DNA of 64,000 nt, from the NCBI GenBank assembly GCA_964016885.1, contig OZ024741.1, positions 19,902,001 to 19,966,000 on the forward strand, in the 5' to 3' direction. The notes beneath the pieces were generated by a model that made no database searches, was not told the origin of the DNA, and saw only the letters and a program-made list of their open reading frames with translations. Source of the DNA: Eledone cirrhosa. Taxonomy: Eukaryota. Below, piece by piece: positions 42,615 through 58,631 of the stretch. Position 1 is the first letter of the stretch. Every line of letters begins with the position of its first letter. The position numbers were made by a program, and so were the translations under genes.

Positions 42615-43639
42615 ACGCACACTCCACTAACACTTTAATTCCATCAGTAGTAGTTCAGTTGATCTAATATCTGACCTCTCTTCATCGAGCTCCAGGGAGA
42701 ATCCACCCAACACAGAAAAATCATGCATGTAACTCTATTTGGCTAAGTGTCTATGTATGTGTATGTATGTGTATATGTGTAAGTGCGTATGTGTATGTAT
42801 GTGTATATGTATAAGCATGTGTGTGTATGTGTGTACGTGTGTATGTATAAGTGTGTGTGTGTATGTGTGTATGTGTGTATGTATATGTATACGTATGTGT
42901 GTGTATGTGTATCTATGTGTATATGTATACGTATGTGTGTATGTGTATGTATGTGTATATGTATACGTATATGTGTGTATGTGTGTATGTATGTGTGTAT
43001 GTGTGTGTATGTGTGTATGTGTGTGTATGTTTAAGCACTTCAAGCCTCAAGACACTTAATTTAATAGATAATCTTTAAGTTAATTATCCATATAAGGAGC
43101 GTTGTGGAAATTATATTGGAGAAGAAGGAGGAGGAGGATATTAATAATGTAGTATCTGGCACATGTTGGTGTGTTGTATTCCCCTTCTGGGGCAATTAGC
43201 TCCCATAATCACTTTACTCTGAGAAACAAGTAATCGTTGTCTCAACACTTTATGGAATAAACGTTTGATCCCCACCACCCCCACTACCACCCCCACTACC
43301 ACCACCACCATTACCACAACCATCACAACCAACTCTACTACTACAACCACTACCATCACAACCACTACTAACACCACCATCACCACCACCACCATCACTA
43401 CCACTACTACCATATCAGCCACTACTACCACCACCACCACTACCATCACCATCACCATCACCACAACCAGCTCTACCACTACCACCACCACCTTCAGCAC
43501 CACTGAATCTATACTTTATTTAAATCTTTTAACATCATTGGCCGAATTTCATCTTCCCCAGCGCCTTTGCTACATTCGAGTTCATTAATTGCTCTTCTGA
43601 CCTCAGCCTCCAATAGAATAGTCATCGCTCCTTGATACA

Positions 43640-44630
43640 CGAGGTTCGGGTACAACAGAAGGTGCTGTTGTGACGGGTTTAGGTTATCAGCGGCAGGTAT
43701 TGGAGTTATCGTGGGAGTATTGTTAAGAGGTGTGTGTTTGTTTCGTATCCCTCGACCGCATTACACGGGAACTGCTGTGGAAGGTTCTGAATGAGTATGG
43801 AATCAATGGACAGCTTCCTGTTGCCCTAATGTCTGTATACGATAAATGGTACTAAATGAAACCATTCAATGCAGGAGACGGACTCCGCCAAGGGTGCGTA
43901 CTCTCAACTTACCTGTTCATAATCTTCTTGAACTGGAATGACATACGCAGCCGGGTTGGAAGTGGTATCGTGACTGGCAGGTGTAAAATCAGTTGGCTGA
44001 AATTTGCAGACGACATGGTACTACTTAACTCGACAGAAGTTGATCTCAATAGGTTTGTTGTCGAGTGCTGCATGACAGGAGTGAAAATTAGTGCTGCGAA
44101 AACTGTGACACTCATCCTCTCAAGGAAGCTTGCGTAGTGCACTCTACATGTGAGTGGAGTTCCCCTGAATTCAAAAATCTCGGGGCTGTATTCACGAGTG
44201 ATGGAAGGCAGGAGGCGGAATAAAGTGCAAGAATTGCAGGAGCTGGTGCAGTAATGCACCAGCTTCTGCATTCAGTAATCAGAAGAAAGCGAGTAGATGT
44301 AAAAGCCAAACTCGCTGTCTTCAATTCAGTTTTCGTGCCAACCCTTACCTATGGTCATGAATCTTGCGTAATGACACTTCTTCTCCATATCGGAGGTGTC
44401 TTTCGAGCGTCAAATTGAGAGATCACATCTCCGATACTATGGACATGTGGTTAAAATGTCTCAGGAAAGAATCACTGGACAGATTTTACGGACAAAACCA
44501 ACTGGCAGGAGACCCAGGTGTAGACACCGAGTAATATAGTTTGATAACATCCATGAGCTTGGCTGGTCTCGTTTAGGGATCCAGTCGGATCAATTGGAGA
44601 TGGTTGCTTCTGACATGGCCCGCTGGGGTC
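43640..44630 (+). pseudogene. Degenerate RTE-like LINE reverse transcriptase and 3' end
   Basis: GLRQGCVLS.YLF and LKFADD, then PTLTYGHES and LRYYGHVVKMS. Multiple stops. Related minus-strand fragment at 56145-56420. Confidence 0.8.
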
Positions 44631-44878
44631 AGAATCTATCATTATTATTAGAGGGTGGTAGATTGGCAGTATCGAGAAAGCCTCGGACAACTTGCTTCGC
44701 AGCATAGAGTTACGGCCCTTTACGTCCTAGTTAAAATCCCGTCGAGGTTAGCTGTGCGATTCATTTTTACGTGATCGATAAAATAATGTGCTACTAATGC
44801 ACTGAGGTCGATTTAATCGATTTCACCTCCCCTAAGATCACTGGCCTGGTGCCTAAATTAGAAACAATAATTATTATC

Positions 44879-44914
<36 letters not shown>

Positions 44915-45093
44915 TGTAGTAGTAGTAGTAGTAGTAGTAGTTGTAGTAGTAGTAGTAGTGCTGGTTGTAGTACAAAAGCCCTATAAAACAAATGTAAATA
45001 GAGAAAAGATAACCGAGGAAAGAGATGCAATATTTGAACATTAATTACTGCCATTTTAGTTCAGCTGTTTTTAGCAGGAAATATGACACCGAA

Positions 45094-47160
45094 TAATAAA
45101 GTTTTCTATTGGTGGACATAATTACAACTGTACAACAGTAGCCATCTTTGTTTAATGAAGTTTTCTATTGGTGGACATAATTACAACTGTACAACAGTAG
45201 CCATCTTTGTTTAATGAAGTTTTCTATTGGTGGGCATAATTACAACTGTACAACAGTAGCCATCTTTGTTTAATGAAGTTTTCTATTGGTGGACATAATT
45301 ACAACTGTACAACAGTAGCCATCTTTGTTTAATAAAGTTTTCTATTGATGGACATAATTACAACTGTACGACAGTAGCCATCTTTGTTTAATAAAGTTTT
45401 CTATTGATGGACATAATTACAACTGTACAACAGTAGCCATCTTTGTTTAATAAAGTTTTCTATTGGTGGACATAATTACAACTGTACAACAGTAGCCATC
45501 TTTGTTTAATGAAGTTTTCTATTGATGGACATAATTACAACTGTACAACAGTAGCCATCTTTGTTTAATGAAGTTTTCTATTGGTGAGCATAATTACAAC
45601 TGTACAACAGTAGCCATCTTTGTTTAATAAAGTTTTCTATTGGTAGACATAATTACAACTGTACAACAGTAGCCATCTTTGTTTAATAAAGTTTTCTATT
45701 GGTAGACATAATTACAACTGTACAACAGTAGCCATCTTTGTTTAATGAAGTTTTCTATTGATGGACATAATTACAACTGTACAACAGTAGCCATCTTTGT
45801 TTAATAAAGTTTTCTATTGGTGGACATAATTACAACTGTACAACAGTAGCCATCTTTGTTTAATAAAGTTTTCTATTGGTAGACATAATTACAACTGTAC
45901 AACAGTAGCCATCTTTGTTTAATGAAGTTTTCTATTGGTGGACATAATTACAACTGTACAACAGTAGCCATCTTTGTTTAATAAAGTTTTCTATTGGTGG
46001 ACATAATTACAACTGTACAACAGTAGCCATCTTTGTTTAATAAAGTTTTCTATTGGTGGACATAATTACAACTGTACAACAGTAGCCATCTTTGTTTAAT
46101 AAAGTTTTCTATTGGTGGACATAATTACAACTGTACAACAGTAGCCATCTTTGTTTAATGAAGTTTTCTATTGATGGACATAATTACAACTGTACAACAG
46201 TAGCCATCTTTGTTTAATGAAGTTTTCTATTGGTGAGCATAATTACAACTGTACAACAGTAGCCATCTTTGTTTAATAAAGTTTTCTATTGGTAGACATA
46301 ATTACAACTGTACAACAGTAGCCATCTTTGTTTAATAAAGTTTTCTATTGGTAGACATAATTACAACTGTACAACAGTAGCCATCTTTGTTTAATGAAGT
46401 TTTCTATTGATGGACATAATTACAACTGTACAACAGTAGCCATCTTTGTTTAATAAAGTTTTCTATTGGTGGACATAATTACAACTGTACAACAGTAGCC
46501 ATCTTTGTTTAATAAAGTTTTCTATTGGTAGACATAATTACAACTGTACAACAGTAGCCATCTTTGTTTAATGAAGTTTTCTATTGGTGGACATAATTAC
46601 AACTGTACAACAGTAGCCATCTTTGTTTAATAAAGTTTTCTATTGGTGGACATAATTACAACTGTACAACAGTAGCCATCTTTGTTTAATAAAGTTTTCT
46701 ATTGGTGGACATAATTACAACTGTATAACAGTAGCCATCTTTGTTTAATAAAGTTTTCTATTGGTGGACATAATTACAAATGTACAACAGTAGCCATCTT
46801 TGTTTAATGAAGTTTTCTAATGATGGGCATAATTACAACTGTACAACAGTAGCCATCTTTGTTTAATAAAGTTTTCTATTGGTGGGCATAATTACAACTG
46901 TACAACAGTAGCCATCTTTGTTTAATAAAGTTTTCTATTGGTGGACATAATTACAACTGTATAACAGTAGCCATCTTTGTTTAATAAAGTTTTCTATTGG
47001 TGGACATAATTACAACTGTATAACAGTAGCCATCTTTGTTTAATAAAGTTTTCTATTGGTGGGCATAATTACAACTGTACAACAGTAGCCATCTTTGTTT
47101 AATGAACTTTTCTATTGGTAGACATAATTACAACTGTACAACAGTAGCCATCTTTGTTTC
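45094..47160. repeat. 59-bp minisatellite, about 35 units
   Basis: Unit GTTTTCTATTGGTGGACATAATTACAACTGTACAACAGTAGCCATCTTTGTTTAAT(G/A)AA. Confidence 0.97.
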
Positions 47161-47619
47161 TTAATTATTATTGTTGATATTGTTGTTGTTATTGCTGTTG
47201 CTCCTGCTATCATTGTTGTTGCTGTTGTTGTTATTCTTATTTTTTAGTTATTTATATTCTTCTTGTGGTTGTTTGTGTTGTTGTTGTTGTTGCTGTTACT
47301 ATTGTTATTGTTACTGTTGTTGTTATTGTTGTTCTTATTTGCTGTTGTTGTTGAAATCACTGTTGACATTGTTGTTTTTGTAGTGTTGCTGTTGTTGTTC
47401 TTTGTGTATCATTGTTGACATTGTTGTTGTTGATGTTAATGTTGTTGTTGTTAGTGTTGTTGTTGTAGTGGTGAGACGTTTGTTAATGCCTGTGGTGCAG
47501 GTTTTGAGGTTGTTGTTGTTAGTGTTGCTTTCTTTTTTTTCTTGTGTTTGTTTGTGGTGATGTTGTTGATGCTGCTGTTGTTGTTGGTGGTGGTGTTGTT
47601 GTTGGTGGTGGTGGTGCTG

Positions 47620-47651
<32 letters not shown>

Positions 47652-47851
47652 GGTATTTTTGTTGTTGTTGTTGGAGGTGGTGTTGTTGTTGTTCTTCTTC
47701 TTCTTCTTTTCTTCTTCTTCATCGGTTTTTTTTTCTTATTATTTTCTTCTTCATCTTCTTTTCTGCTTCTTATTCTTCTTAAGTTGCCTGATTAAAAATA
47801 TATAAAGATATTGTTGACTTCTTGTCCTGAAAATAACGTGACTGTGCGTAA

Positions 47852-47937
<86 letters not shown>

Positions 47938-47982
47938 ATACATCCATACATATATACATACATACATTCATACATCCATACA

Positions 47983-48205
47983 TATTGGAGCTACGGGTTA
48001 TATACCAACCCGCTTGGACCAATGTATATATGAACTTGGATTTGCAGACAAAGAGCGCAGCTCCCTAATTCATAGTCTACAAATGGCTGCGATAGCTGGC
48101 ACCTTCAAAGTTTGCAAAACATTCTTGCGATTCAAGGAATGGCAATTTCCTTTCTTTTACAGCCTTGCCACCAGGAAGGTGGCCGGTCAAAAATATACTC
48201 GAAAT
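47983..48205 (+). mobile_element. Extreme 3' fragment of an RLE-type non-LTR retrotransposon
   Basis: IGATGYIPTRLDQCIYELG..LIHSLQMAAIAGTFKVCKTFL resembles the R4-like C-terminus (GALG.IP...IQK..L.GT..ILR). Confidence 0.6.
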
Positions 48206-48305
48206 TAAGAGAAAGAGAGACATATACATACATACATACAAATATAGACACACACACCCATAACAAACACGCACGCACACATGCAAACAAGCGCACACAC
48301 ACACA

Positions 48306-48380
<75 letters not shown>

Positions 48381-48386
<6 letters not shown>

Positions 48387-48710
48387 ATACTTTGGGAGGG
48401 TCATGTTGCCAATAAGAAACACACGCACCAGTTGCTTTCACTTCAATTTATTATATATTTATAAATTTACAAGTTTATAAATTTATAAATTTCCGGTTGG
48501 TTGGTTGGTTCCACAACCAGATGGTTGTGGAACCAACCAACCAACCGGAAATTTATAAATTTCTAAATTTATAAATTTATTATAATAAATTGAAGTGAAA
48601 GCAACTGGTGCGTTGTTTCTTATTGGCAACATGACCCTCCCAAAGTATAACAATATCGGTTTCAACACACGTTTTCAGATAAAGAATCTTGCTAAACAAA
48701 TGCAGAAACG

Positions 48711-48713
<3 letters not shown>
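48381..48713. mobile_element. Palindromic solo terminus of the Naiad-like PLE
   Basis: Arms match 10335-10470 and 11790-11982. Axis at ~48521. Inserted in (TA)n. Confidence 0.85.
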
Positions 48714-48752
<39 letters not shown>

Positions 48753-48977
48753 GGGGGGGGGGGGGCTACATATAATTGTCAATGAAAATGTCTTGTTATT
48801 TTGATTAGAATTCTACGAAGAACACTCGAACTCTCTCTTATATGTGTGCGTGTATATATGTATGTGTGTATGTGAGTGTGTGCATGTATGTATGTTTGTG
48901 TATGTATGTATATATATATATATATATATATGTCTATATAAATATATATATATATATATGTCTATATATATTTATAT

Positions 48978-49046
<69 letters not shown>

Positions 49047-49614
49047 TATAAATACATATATATATATGTGTATGTGTGTGTGTGTTTGAGTGTGTGTGTG
49101 TGTTTGAGTGTATGTGTGTGTGTGTGTGTATACATATTGTATGTTTATGGTGACTCATAAAATAACATCACCAAGAAGAAATTGACATCACTGTTTTTAT
49201 GGGTGGATAAGAACTGGATTATATAGCATTACGACAGCAGATAAGACTACGTTTTATTGATAGGCTTCCATAGTTTAGAAGATTTGTAATTTTGTAGTTT
49301 CCTTAAAATAATATTGAAGGAATAGTTTCAGTGTCGTTTAATGTTGATATACAATACATCTTCCCCGTTCTAGTCTCTTCCATCTTCCAATGGTTTCAGT
49401 TTTATTAGTGTTTTGTTTAATCAGTTATCTCATGCTAACATTACATATATACAGGTTTGTGAAACTGGTTCTGTTTCTCTTCAGCTTCTTATATATATAT
49501 GGTTTGGTTGTGCTTTGCTTTTTTCCTTGTAATTGTTTGTTAATGTCTCTCTATATATTCTTTAGAAATTATTTTTGCCAAATATACACAGATACACACA
49601 CACACACACACAAG

Positions 49615-49682
<68 letters not shown>

Positions 49683-50015
49683 GAAAATGTTCGCTCTACA
49701 TGGATGTATACAATAAATGTAATCTGAGTTTTTCGAATATTAGGCTTCTTTGCAAAATTGTAAACAAATTGAATGTTATTATTAACATTCGAAAAACTCA
49801 GATTACATTTATTATATATATAAATAGGAAAAAGTATGAGCCCGACGGCAGAGCTCAGGCCGTTTCGACGGCTATTTCTGTCCAGAAATAGCCGTCGAAA
49901 CAGCTTGAGCTCTGCCGTCGGGGTCATACTTTTTCCTATTTCCCACTCTACTACTCTAAGTATTGAGTACTCTGGTGCGTTATGGTTCATCTGGTTTCTT
50001 ACCACAATTCCTTTG

Positions 50016-50079
<64 letters not shown>

Positions 50080-50104
50080 GTATATATGTATATATATATG
50101 TATA

Positions 50105-50135
<31 letters not shown>

Positions 50136-50929
50136 GTGCGTGTGTGTGTGTGTGTATGTATATGTATGTATATCATCAAAGTCATCGTCATCATTTAACG
50201 AGTGTTTCCTTTGATATATATATGTCTGTATATATAATTATATATATATATATATATATACATTCTACTTAATCTACACACACATACACACATATATATA
50301 TATGTGTGTGTGTGTGTGTCTGTGTGTGTGTGTGTGTGTTTGTGTGTTTTAGTGTGTTTGTCAACAAGACTGTTGTTGCTCCAACCAATCTATATACATA
50401 CACATACACTACACATATATACACTATACACATATATATATATAGAACACATGCAAGCAATCATCAAATGCCCTATATGTAAACAATGCACTTACAAAAC
50501 AAAGCCAGCAACAAACAAATCATATATTGGGCCAGCCAATCATGAACTAAATGTCTATATTAGAAAGACACTCCCTATAATCCCTACCTCAGATATCATA
50601 TAACCCAACTAACCCACTCTAAATATGTGTATGGGGCGTTTTCAAGCTGCAGCCGTCAAATCACGCAGTTTCTGTATAAGAATAGACATTAAATATCCAA
50701 TATCATACGTATACATATATATACATATGTAGTTGATGGCCGAGAAACAAGAGGATTCAATACCGAAGTAGAGTTTTAATATTCAACTTTATCATGGCTA
50801 AATAGTGAGTCTGGAGTTTCACCTGCTTCTTACAGGTTCGTCAGATGACCCTGTGAGAAGCAGGTGAAATAGAGAGTTACAAGACTCACTGTTTGGCGTT
50901 AATAAAGTGAATATACATATATATATATT

Positions 50930-50961
<32 letters not shown>

Positions 50962-51083
50962 TAATATATAGAGGCTTAGCTCTGTTTCTCGACCGTTATA
51001 TCGCGTGACTATCTCCCCCTCCGCCTTTTGGGATTCTTTCTCACGTCGTGTAGACGCGTTCTTGAGACTAGTAAAATGAGGTA

Positions 51084-51173
51084 TCCTCTTGATAAGTCGG
51101 CAGACCTCGCAAGGACTCTACATCTTTATGATGTATTGTTTTTGTTTATGCCACGAAACTACGTAGTCGAGGA
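51084..51173 (+). ncRNA. U3:A8 type I hammerhead ribozyme
   Basis: TCCTC-TTGATAA-GTCGGCA..TGCCAC-GAAA-CTACGTAG-TC-GAGGA. GUC cleavage predicted after 51168. Confidence 0.8.
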
Positions 51174-51676
51174 ATCTAGGAGCAGTTTAGGTATGATACA
51201 TTTTATTACTAATTATATCTAAATGTTTCTTCTCTCTTCATAATGTATTTTTAACTCTGATACTGGTTCAGTCTAGTTCAACCGGATTGGTCTGTCCCAG
51301 TCATTCATTGAGCAACATCGGTGAAGTTGGCACCCTTAACTCACGGTTGGGTGCGGATGCATTCATGTATATGTGTGTGTCTGCATGTATCTGTGTGTTT
51401 CTAAATATATTGTTAATAACTCCCTCTGGTCGAGCAATCTTTGAAGTGTGGGGACTGCTGGAAAGCTTCCATTACTCATACTTCTCACCCCCTTCACCAC
51501 CTCTTCTACGGCTTCGATATAAATACCCCCTCCGTCTCCGTGGTATTTTCTTCGGGGTTATAAGAGGCTTAGCTCTGTTTCTCGACCGTTATATCGCGTG
51601 ACTATCTCCCCCTCCGCCTTTTGGGATTCTTTCTCACGTCGTGTAGACGCGTTCTTGAGACTAGTAAAATGAGGTA

Positions 51677-51766
51677 TCCTCTTGATAAGTCGGCAGACCT
51701 CGCAAGGACTCTACATCTTTATGATGTATTGTTTTTGTTTATGCCACGAAACTACGTAGTCGAGGA
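51677..51766 (+). ncRNA. U3:A8 type I hammerhead ribozyme (second copy)
   Basis: Identical to 51084-51173. Cleavage predicted after 51761. Confidence 0.8.
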
Positions 51767-52854
51767 ATCTAGGAGCAGTTTAGGTATGATACATTTTATT
51801 ACTAATTATATCTAAATGTTTCTTCTCTCTTCATAATGTATATATATATATATATAGGAAAAGAGTCAGGACCCCGACGGCTGAGCTCCGGCCGTTTCGA
51901 CAGCTAGTTCGGATCTAGCTGTTGAAACGGCCGGGGCTCAGCCGCCGGGGTCGTGACTCTTTTCCTATTACCCACTCTACAGCCCATAGTATCGAGTACT
52001 CTGGTGCGTTATGGTCCACCTGCTTCCTTACCACACTTCCTTCATTTTATATATATATATATATCATCGCATTTCATTCATCCAATGTTCCTATCGAACC
52101 GGGAAAAGCTACTCATGCCAGAAGTCTCGTGCCACCATCATTGTTCATATTCTCGATATAGTATTTAATGTGGTATCCTTTTAAAGTGCCTGTCAATAAA
52201 ATTAGAGGTGTGGTTCTTAATCCAGCTATACTGGCTGCCATAACGCATGATATGAGGCCATTTCTCCAGGAGTTCTCCCAGAGTCACCTGCTAATCACAA
52301 TCGTTACTGAACTATCTTTTCAGTTAAGTTTAACATAAAGCTCTATATTGGTGGTGTAAATCTTCTAAGTAATATTCAGCACCATCCTTAACATGCTGGA
52401 GTACATCACGTCTAGCCAAATACATTTTCAAGCCTCTGTATGTGTGTCCGTGTCTGACAACCTTATTATAACAAGATATATTCAGTTCTTGTTAAAAAGA
52501 GACTTATCTCAATACGGTTCCTCATAGATGACTTACAGATCATTGATAATTTATGGTATACTTGCTATGTAATTGCCTTTCTTTCGTTAATTGCTTTTTC
52601 TGAGCTTACTATCCTGAATTCAAAATATTCGGAATTGATACACCCAAGCGCGCACGTATACGAGACACCATACACACATATGTATATATATGTGGGTGTG
52701 GCTATGTTGTATGTATATATCTAAGTATATGTGTATATATATATATATATTCTTAGTGGTAAGGAGCGGTCAGAAAATCGGAAGATTTATGTATGCCTGT
52801 CCATATGTATGTATGTTTGTATGTGTCTACGTTTGTGTATGTTTTATATTATAT

Positions 52855-52894
<40 letters not shown>

Positions 52895-52895
52895 T

Positions 52896-54375
<1,480 letters not shown>

Positions 54376-54703
54376 TATATATATATATATATAGGAAAAA
54401 GTATAACCCCGACGGCAGAGCAACACGTGGTTCGAGTCATTCACAGATTTGCATTTGCTTTGTAAACGCAGATAGTTATTTCTTCTCCTTTGGTGATCAT
54501 CCAGGATTTGACTACTGTGATTTACTGATTAATTGGTGAAATATAATTTTTACTTAAAGAAATATATACAAAGGAGATTAATCATGTTAAAAGGTATCTA
54601 TATTTGAAGTTCTAGTTAAACTTTAATTACTGACCTACCTAGCTATGTGTGCTTACATTCTTTACAAATTATTCCCTGTGATTGTTCCATATGTTTATTT
54701 ATA

Positions 54704-54741
<38 letters not shown>

Positions 54742-54855
54742 AATCTATTTCTAGTTGATATGTAATGCTCGGTTCTATTCATTGGAATCTTTGAGCTTAT
54801 TCTACAGTGGATATGGCGGCATGTCTCTCAGACATGACAACCCTTAATTTAATTT

Positions 54856-54959
<104 letters not shown>

Positions 54960-55084
54960 TGTATATATAGTGTATTTTGCAATACACTGTATGCTTAATA
55001 AAAAGCATTTTCAAGACCTTATGCTATTGTTTTAGAGTAGTGACAGACTCACTTACTTTAATTTCAGCAAACAGGGGGAGATAA

Positions 55085-55130
55085 AGCTGACAAGGCCTTG
55101 TTTCTGCATTTATTGATGCTTATCAAAGCC
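55085..55130 (-). ncRNA. U3:A8 hammerhead ribozyme, homologue of 24949-24990
   Basis: Reverse complement: GGCT-TTGATAA-GCAT CAATAA ATGC A-GAAA-CAAGGCCTTG-TC-AGCT. Confidence 0.7.
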
Positions 55131-55393
55131 AACTACTCCTCCCGTTTGCTGAGAACCTGGATGTTTTGGTTCTTATAGAATTCTAGTAAATAATCAGGAA
55201 CTGATTATACAGAGCGGTTGCCGGTCAAGCAGAAATAAAAAAATTAGAATTGTTGCTCTGAAATAGCTATATATATATGAATGTATATATAGTGTATTTT
55301 GCAATACACTGTATGCTTAATAAAAAGCAAAATACACTATATATACATTCATATATATATAGCTATTTCAGAGCAACAATTCTAATATATATG

Positions 55394-55488
<95 letters not shown>

Positions 55489-56716
55489 GTTAGTATATGT
55501 GTGTGTATGTACGTATGCATCTATCTATCTATGTATATATATATATATAGATAGATAGATAAGACATTGACTGATAGATAAATTTGTATCCATGTGTGTG
55601 TGTATGTGTATTTGTGTGTATGTGAGCACATGTAGGTATATGTGTGTGACTATACTCATTCTCACTGCAAACGTCATATAACGCTATCTTTTCCATAAAA
55701 CTGACAGATGAAATATCAGGTGACTTTGGCTAAAATTTAATGTTCAACCTGTCTTTCTTTATCAGAAGAAACGTCATTTCACCATTCAGCGAGTAGTTTG
55801 ATATAGAGATGTAATGCAGTTTATAATATAGTTAAAATGACGACTTGGTAGTAACATGTTTGTGACAAGTTTCATTTGGGAAGGAATGAATATGGCAACC
55901 GCATTTGCTATGATCATACGTAATGCTTCAATTCAGAAATAAGATTCAGATTCAATTCAATAGATTTGTCCAAATACTTACTTTATATCAATTAGAACAT
56001 CACATCAATTATACCTTGTTGCACTTACAGTGTATTACGGAACGTCATGTGAATATTTCGGTTGAGAGCCGGATCAGATCACGGGTGGTTTAACCCGACG
56101 TTCTAAAGACACTTCTGATACAAAGCTTTTATTAAAAATAAAATAATTCAGTTGGTATTTCCCCAGCTGGTTGGTTTTTCCCGTAAAATCTGTCCAACAA
56201 TTCTTTCTTTCCTGAGACATTCTAACCACATGTCCATAGTATCAGAACTGTGATCTCTCAATTCGGAGAAAAGCGACTCTACCTGGAGCGACTCTCTGAT
56301 CTTCAAGCTATCAATCTGTCCAACGATTCTTTCCTGAGACATTCTAACCACATGTCCATAGTATCGGAGCTGTGATCTCACAATTCGACGTTCGAAAGAC
56401 ACTTCCGATACGAAGCTTTTAACAGTAAAACATAAACTAAAAATAACAATAAAACAATTTTAAATCAAATGGCGACGATGTTATCGGTCACAATATCAAT
56501 GTTACTTTTCTGTCTATTGCAGAACGCAATAACAGTGTGTGTAGCGAGTATATGACTGAATTGTTTCTCTACACTTATAATTCCTGATTACTCTCATAAG
56601 TAAGACATCATAAAGTACTGATGTCTTAAATATAATAGCATCAATTCATGATCTCACACGCAGGGCGTCATAGATTTATAATATATTTAGGTAAAAAAAA
56701 GTATCATGATGTCATC

Positions 56717-56794
<78 letters not shown>

Positions 56795-56860
56795 AAGGAG
56801 GGGGAGGGGCGAGAAGGAGGATAGCAGGGTTTTAAAACATGGGATAAAACAAAAGCAACA

Positions 56861-56994
<134 letters not shown>

Positions 56995-57020
56995 GTGATA
57001 ATAATACGTTAATAATAATA

Positions 57021-58536
57021 ACGTGATAAGAGAACTTGATCAAGAAAAAACTTACAAATATCTAGGTGTTTGTGAAGGAGTCGGAATCAAGCACTCGACA
57101 ATGAGGGAAAGGATAAGGAAGGAATGTTACCGCAGAGTAAGAGCAATCTTAAGAACGGAATTGAATGCAAGGAATAGGATCGATGCCATAAACACGCTTG
57201 CCATACCAGTAGTAACCTACAGTTACAATGTCATCAACTGGTCAAGCACAGAGATCCGTAGGCTCGATACAAAAATTCGAAAATTCTTAACCATGCACAG
57301 AATGAATCACCCTAAGGCAGATATAGATAGAATATATCTCCCTAGGAAAGAAGGAGGACGTGGGTTAATCCAGTTAGACATTGAGTTGAAAACTGCAACA
57401 ATTGGATTATCTACATATCTAAGGGAATCACATGATTGGATGATCAAACTCGTTTTGAAACACGAAAGCATCAAAAGATCATATTCCATTACAAAAGATG
57501 CACAAAGATACAGTAATGGACTACAAATTTCAGAAGTCCCATTTACTGCTGAAATGGAAAACACAGAAAAAGCAAAGCAGGTAAAAGTAACTGCAAAGAA
57601 AGAACTGCTACAGAAACTGGCTAAGAAATGGCAAGAAAAGCCTCTGTATGGAAAATACCCAGAGCGAGCTAACAATCCTGATGTTGACAAAACTTTAACC
57701 CATCAGTGGTTGGCATCCTCTGGACTGAAATCGGAGACTGAAGGACTGATTATATCAGCACAAGATCAGTGTCTGCCAACAAAAAATTACCAAGCCAACA
57801 TAATAAAAAATGGATGCAGCCCATTATGCCGTGTATGCAAAAAACAACCAGAGACCATTGACCATATAATTTCAATGTGCAGTCCTATAGCTCCAACCGA
57901 ATACCTAAACAGGCATGACAGAGCTGTACAATACATACATTGGATAATGTGTAAGCATTTTGACCTGCCCCATCAAAAGAATTGGTGGGAGCATCAACCA
58001 CCTCCCATACTTGAAAAAGATCACATCCCAATCTTGTGGAACTTTAGCATCCAAACAGACCGAAAAGTAGATGCAAATAGACCTGATATAATATTGAAGG
58101 ACTTTAAAAAGAGGGTATGCCTGCTAATTGATATGTCTGTTCCAATAGACAAGAATGTATCTATAAAAACATTTGAAAAATTGAGCAAGTATAAGGAGCT
58201 GGAGATAGAAATTGGAAAAATGTGGAAATTGAGAACTAAAACAATACCAGTGGTTGTAGGCGCTCTGGGAATGATACCTAAGGGGTCTAATGATTACTTA
58301 TCGCAGATCCCAGGAAACCCGCGTATAGGAGAAATACAAAAGATAGTACTAATGGGAACTGCCCATATACTAAGGAAGATTCTGTCAATATAAGTACATC
58401 ACAAGTCTAAACACTAAAGATGCATGTGTGAGTATGTATGTTCTTCCTTGAACATAGCGGACCTTGTTGTCTCTTGAGGTCACTGGTTGTGACTTGGTGA
58501 TAACTCGTATGAACATAAAGCAAGATAAATGCAACT

Positions 58537-58538
<2 letters not shown>
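57021..58538 (+). mobile_element. 5'-truncated R4/Dong-like non-LTR retrotransposon (family A): RT thumb, CCHC, restriction-like endonuclease
   Basis: ORF 57023-58393: YKYLG, RIYLPRKEGGRGL, CRVC..ETIDHIISMC, RHD, RPDI..IDMSVP, EKLSKYKEL. (TAA)n on both sides. Confidence 0.92.

Positions 58539-58630
<92 letters not shown>

Positions 58631-58631
<1 letters not shown>

Larger units (their letters stand above)
50970..51840 (+). mobile_element. Retrozyme-like element: 593-bp period, identical ~278-bp direct repeats each containing an HHR
   Basis: 50970-51247 equals 51563-51840. No recognisable ORF. Flanked by (TA)n. Confidence 0.8.

Noticed and set aside
45094-47160. CRISPR-like array
   Set aside because: Units are contiguous with no unique spacers, no cas genes are present, and the context is eukaryotic.
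52066-52560. Possible exons or a transposase fragment on the minus strand
   Set aside because: Short open stretches only, with stops and no recognisable motif.
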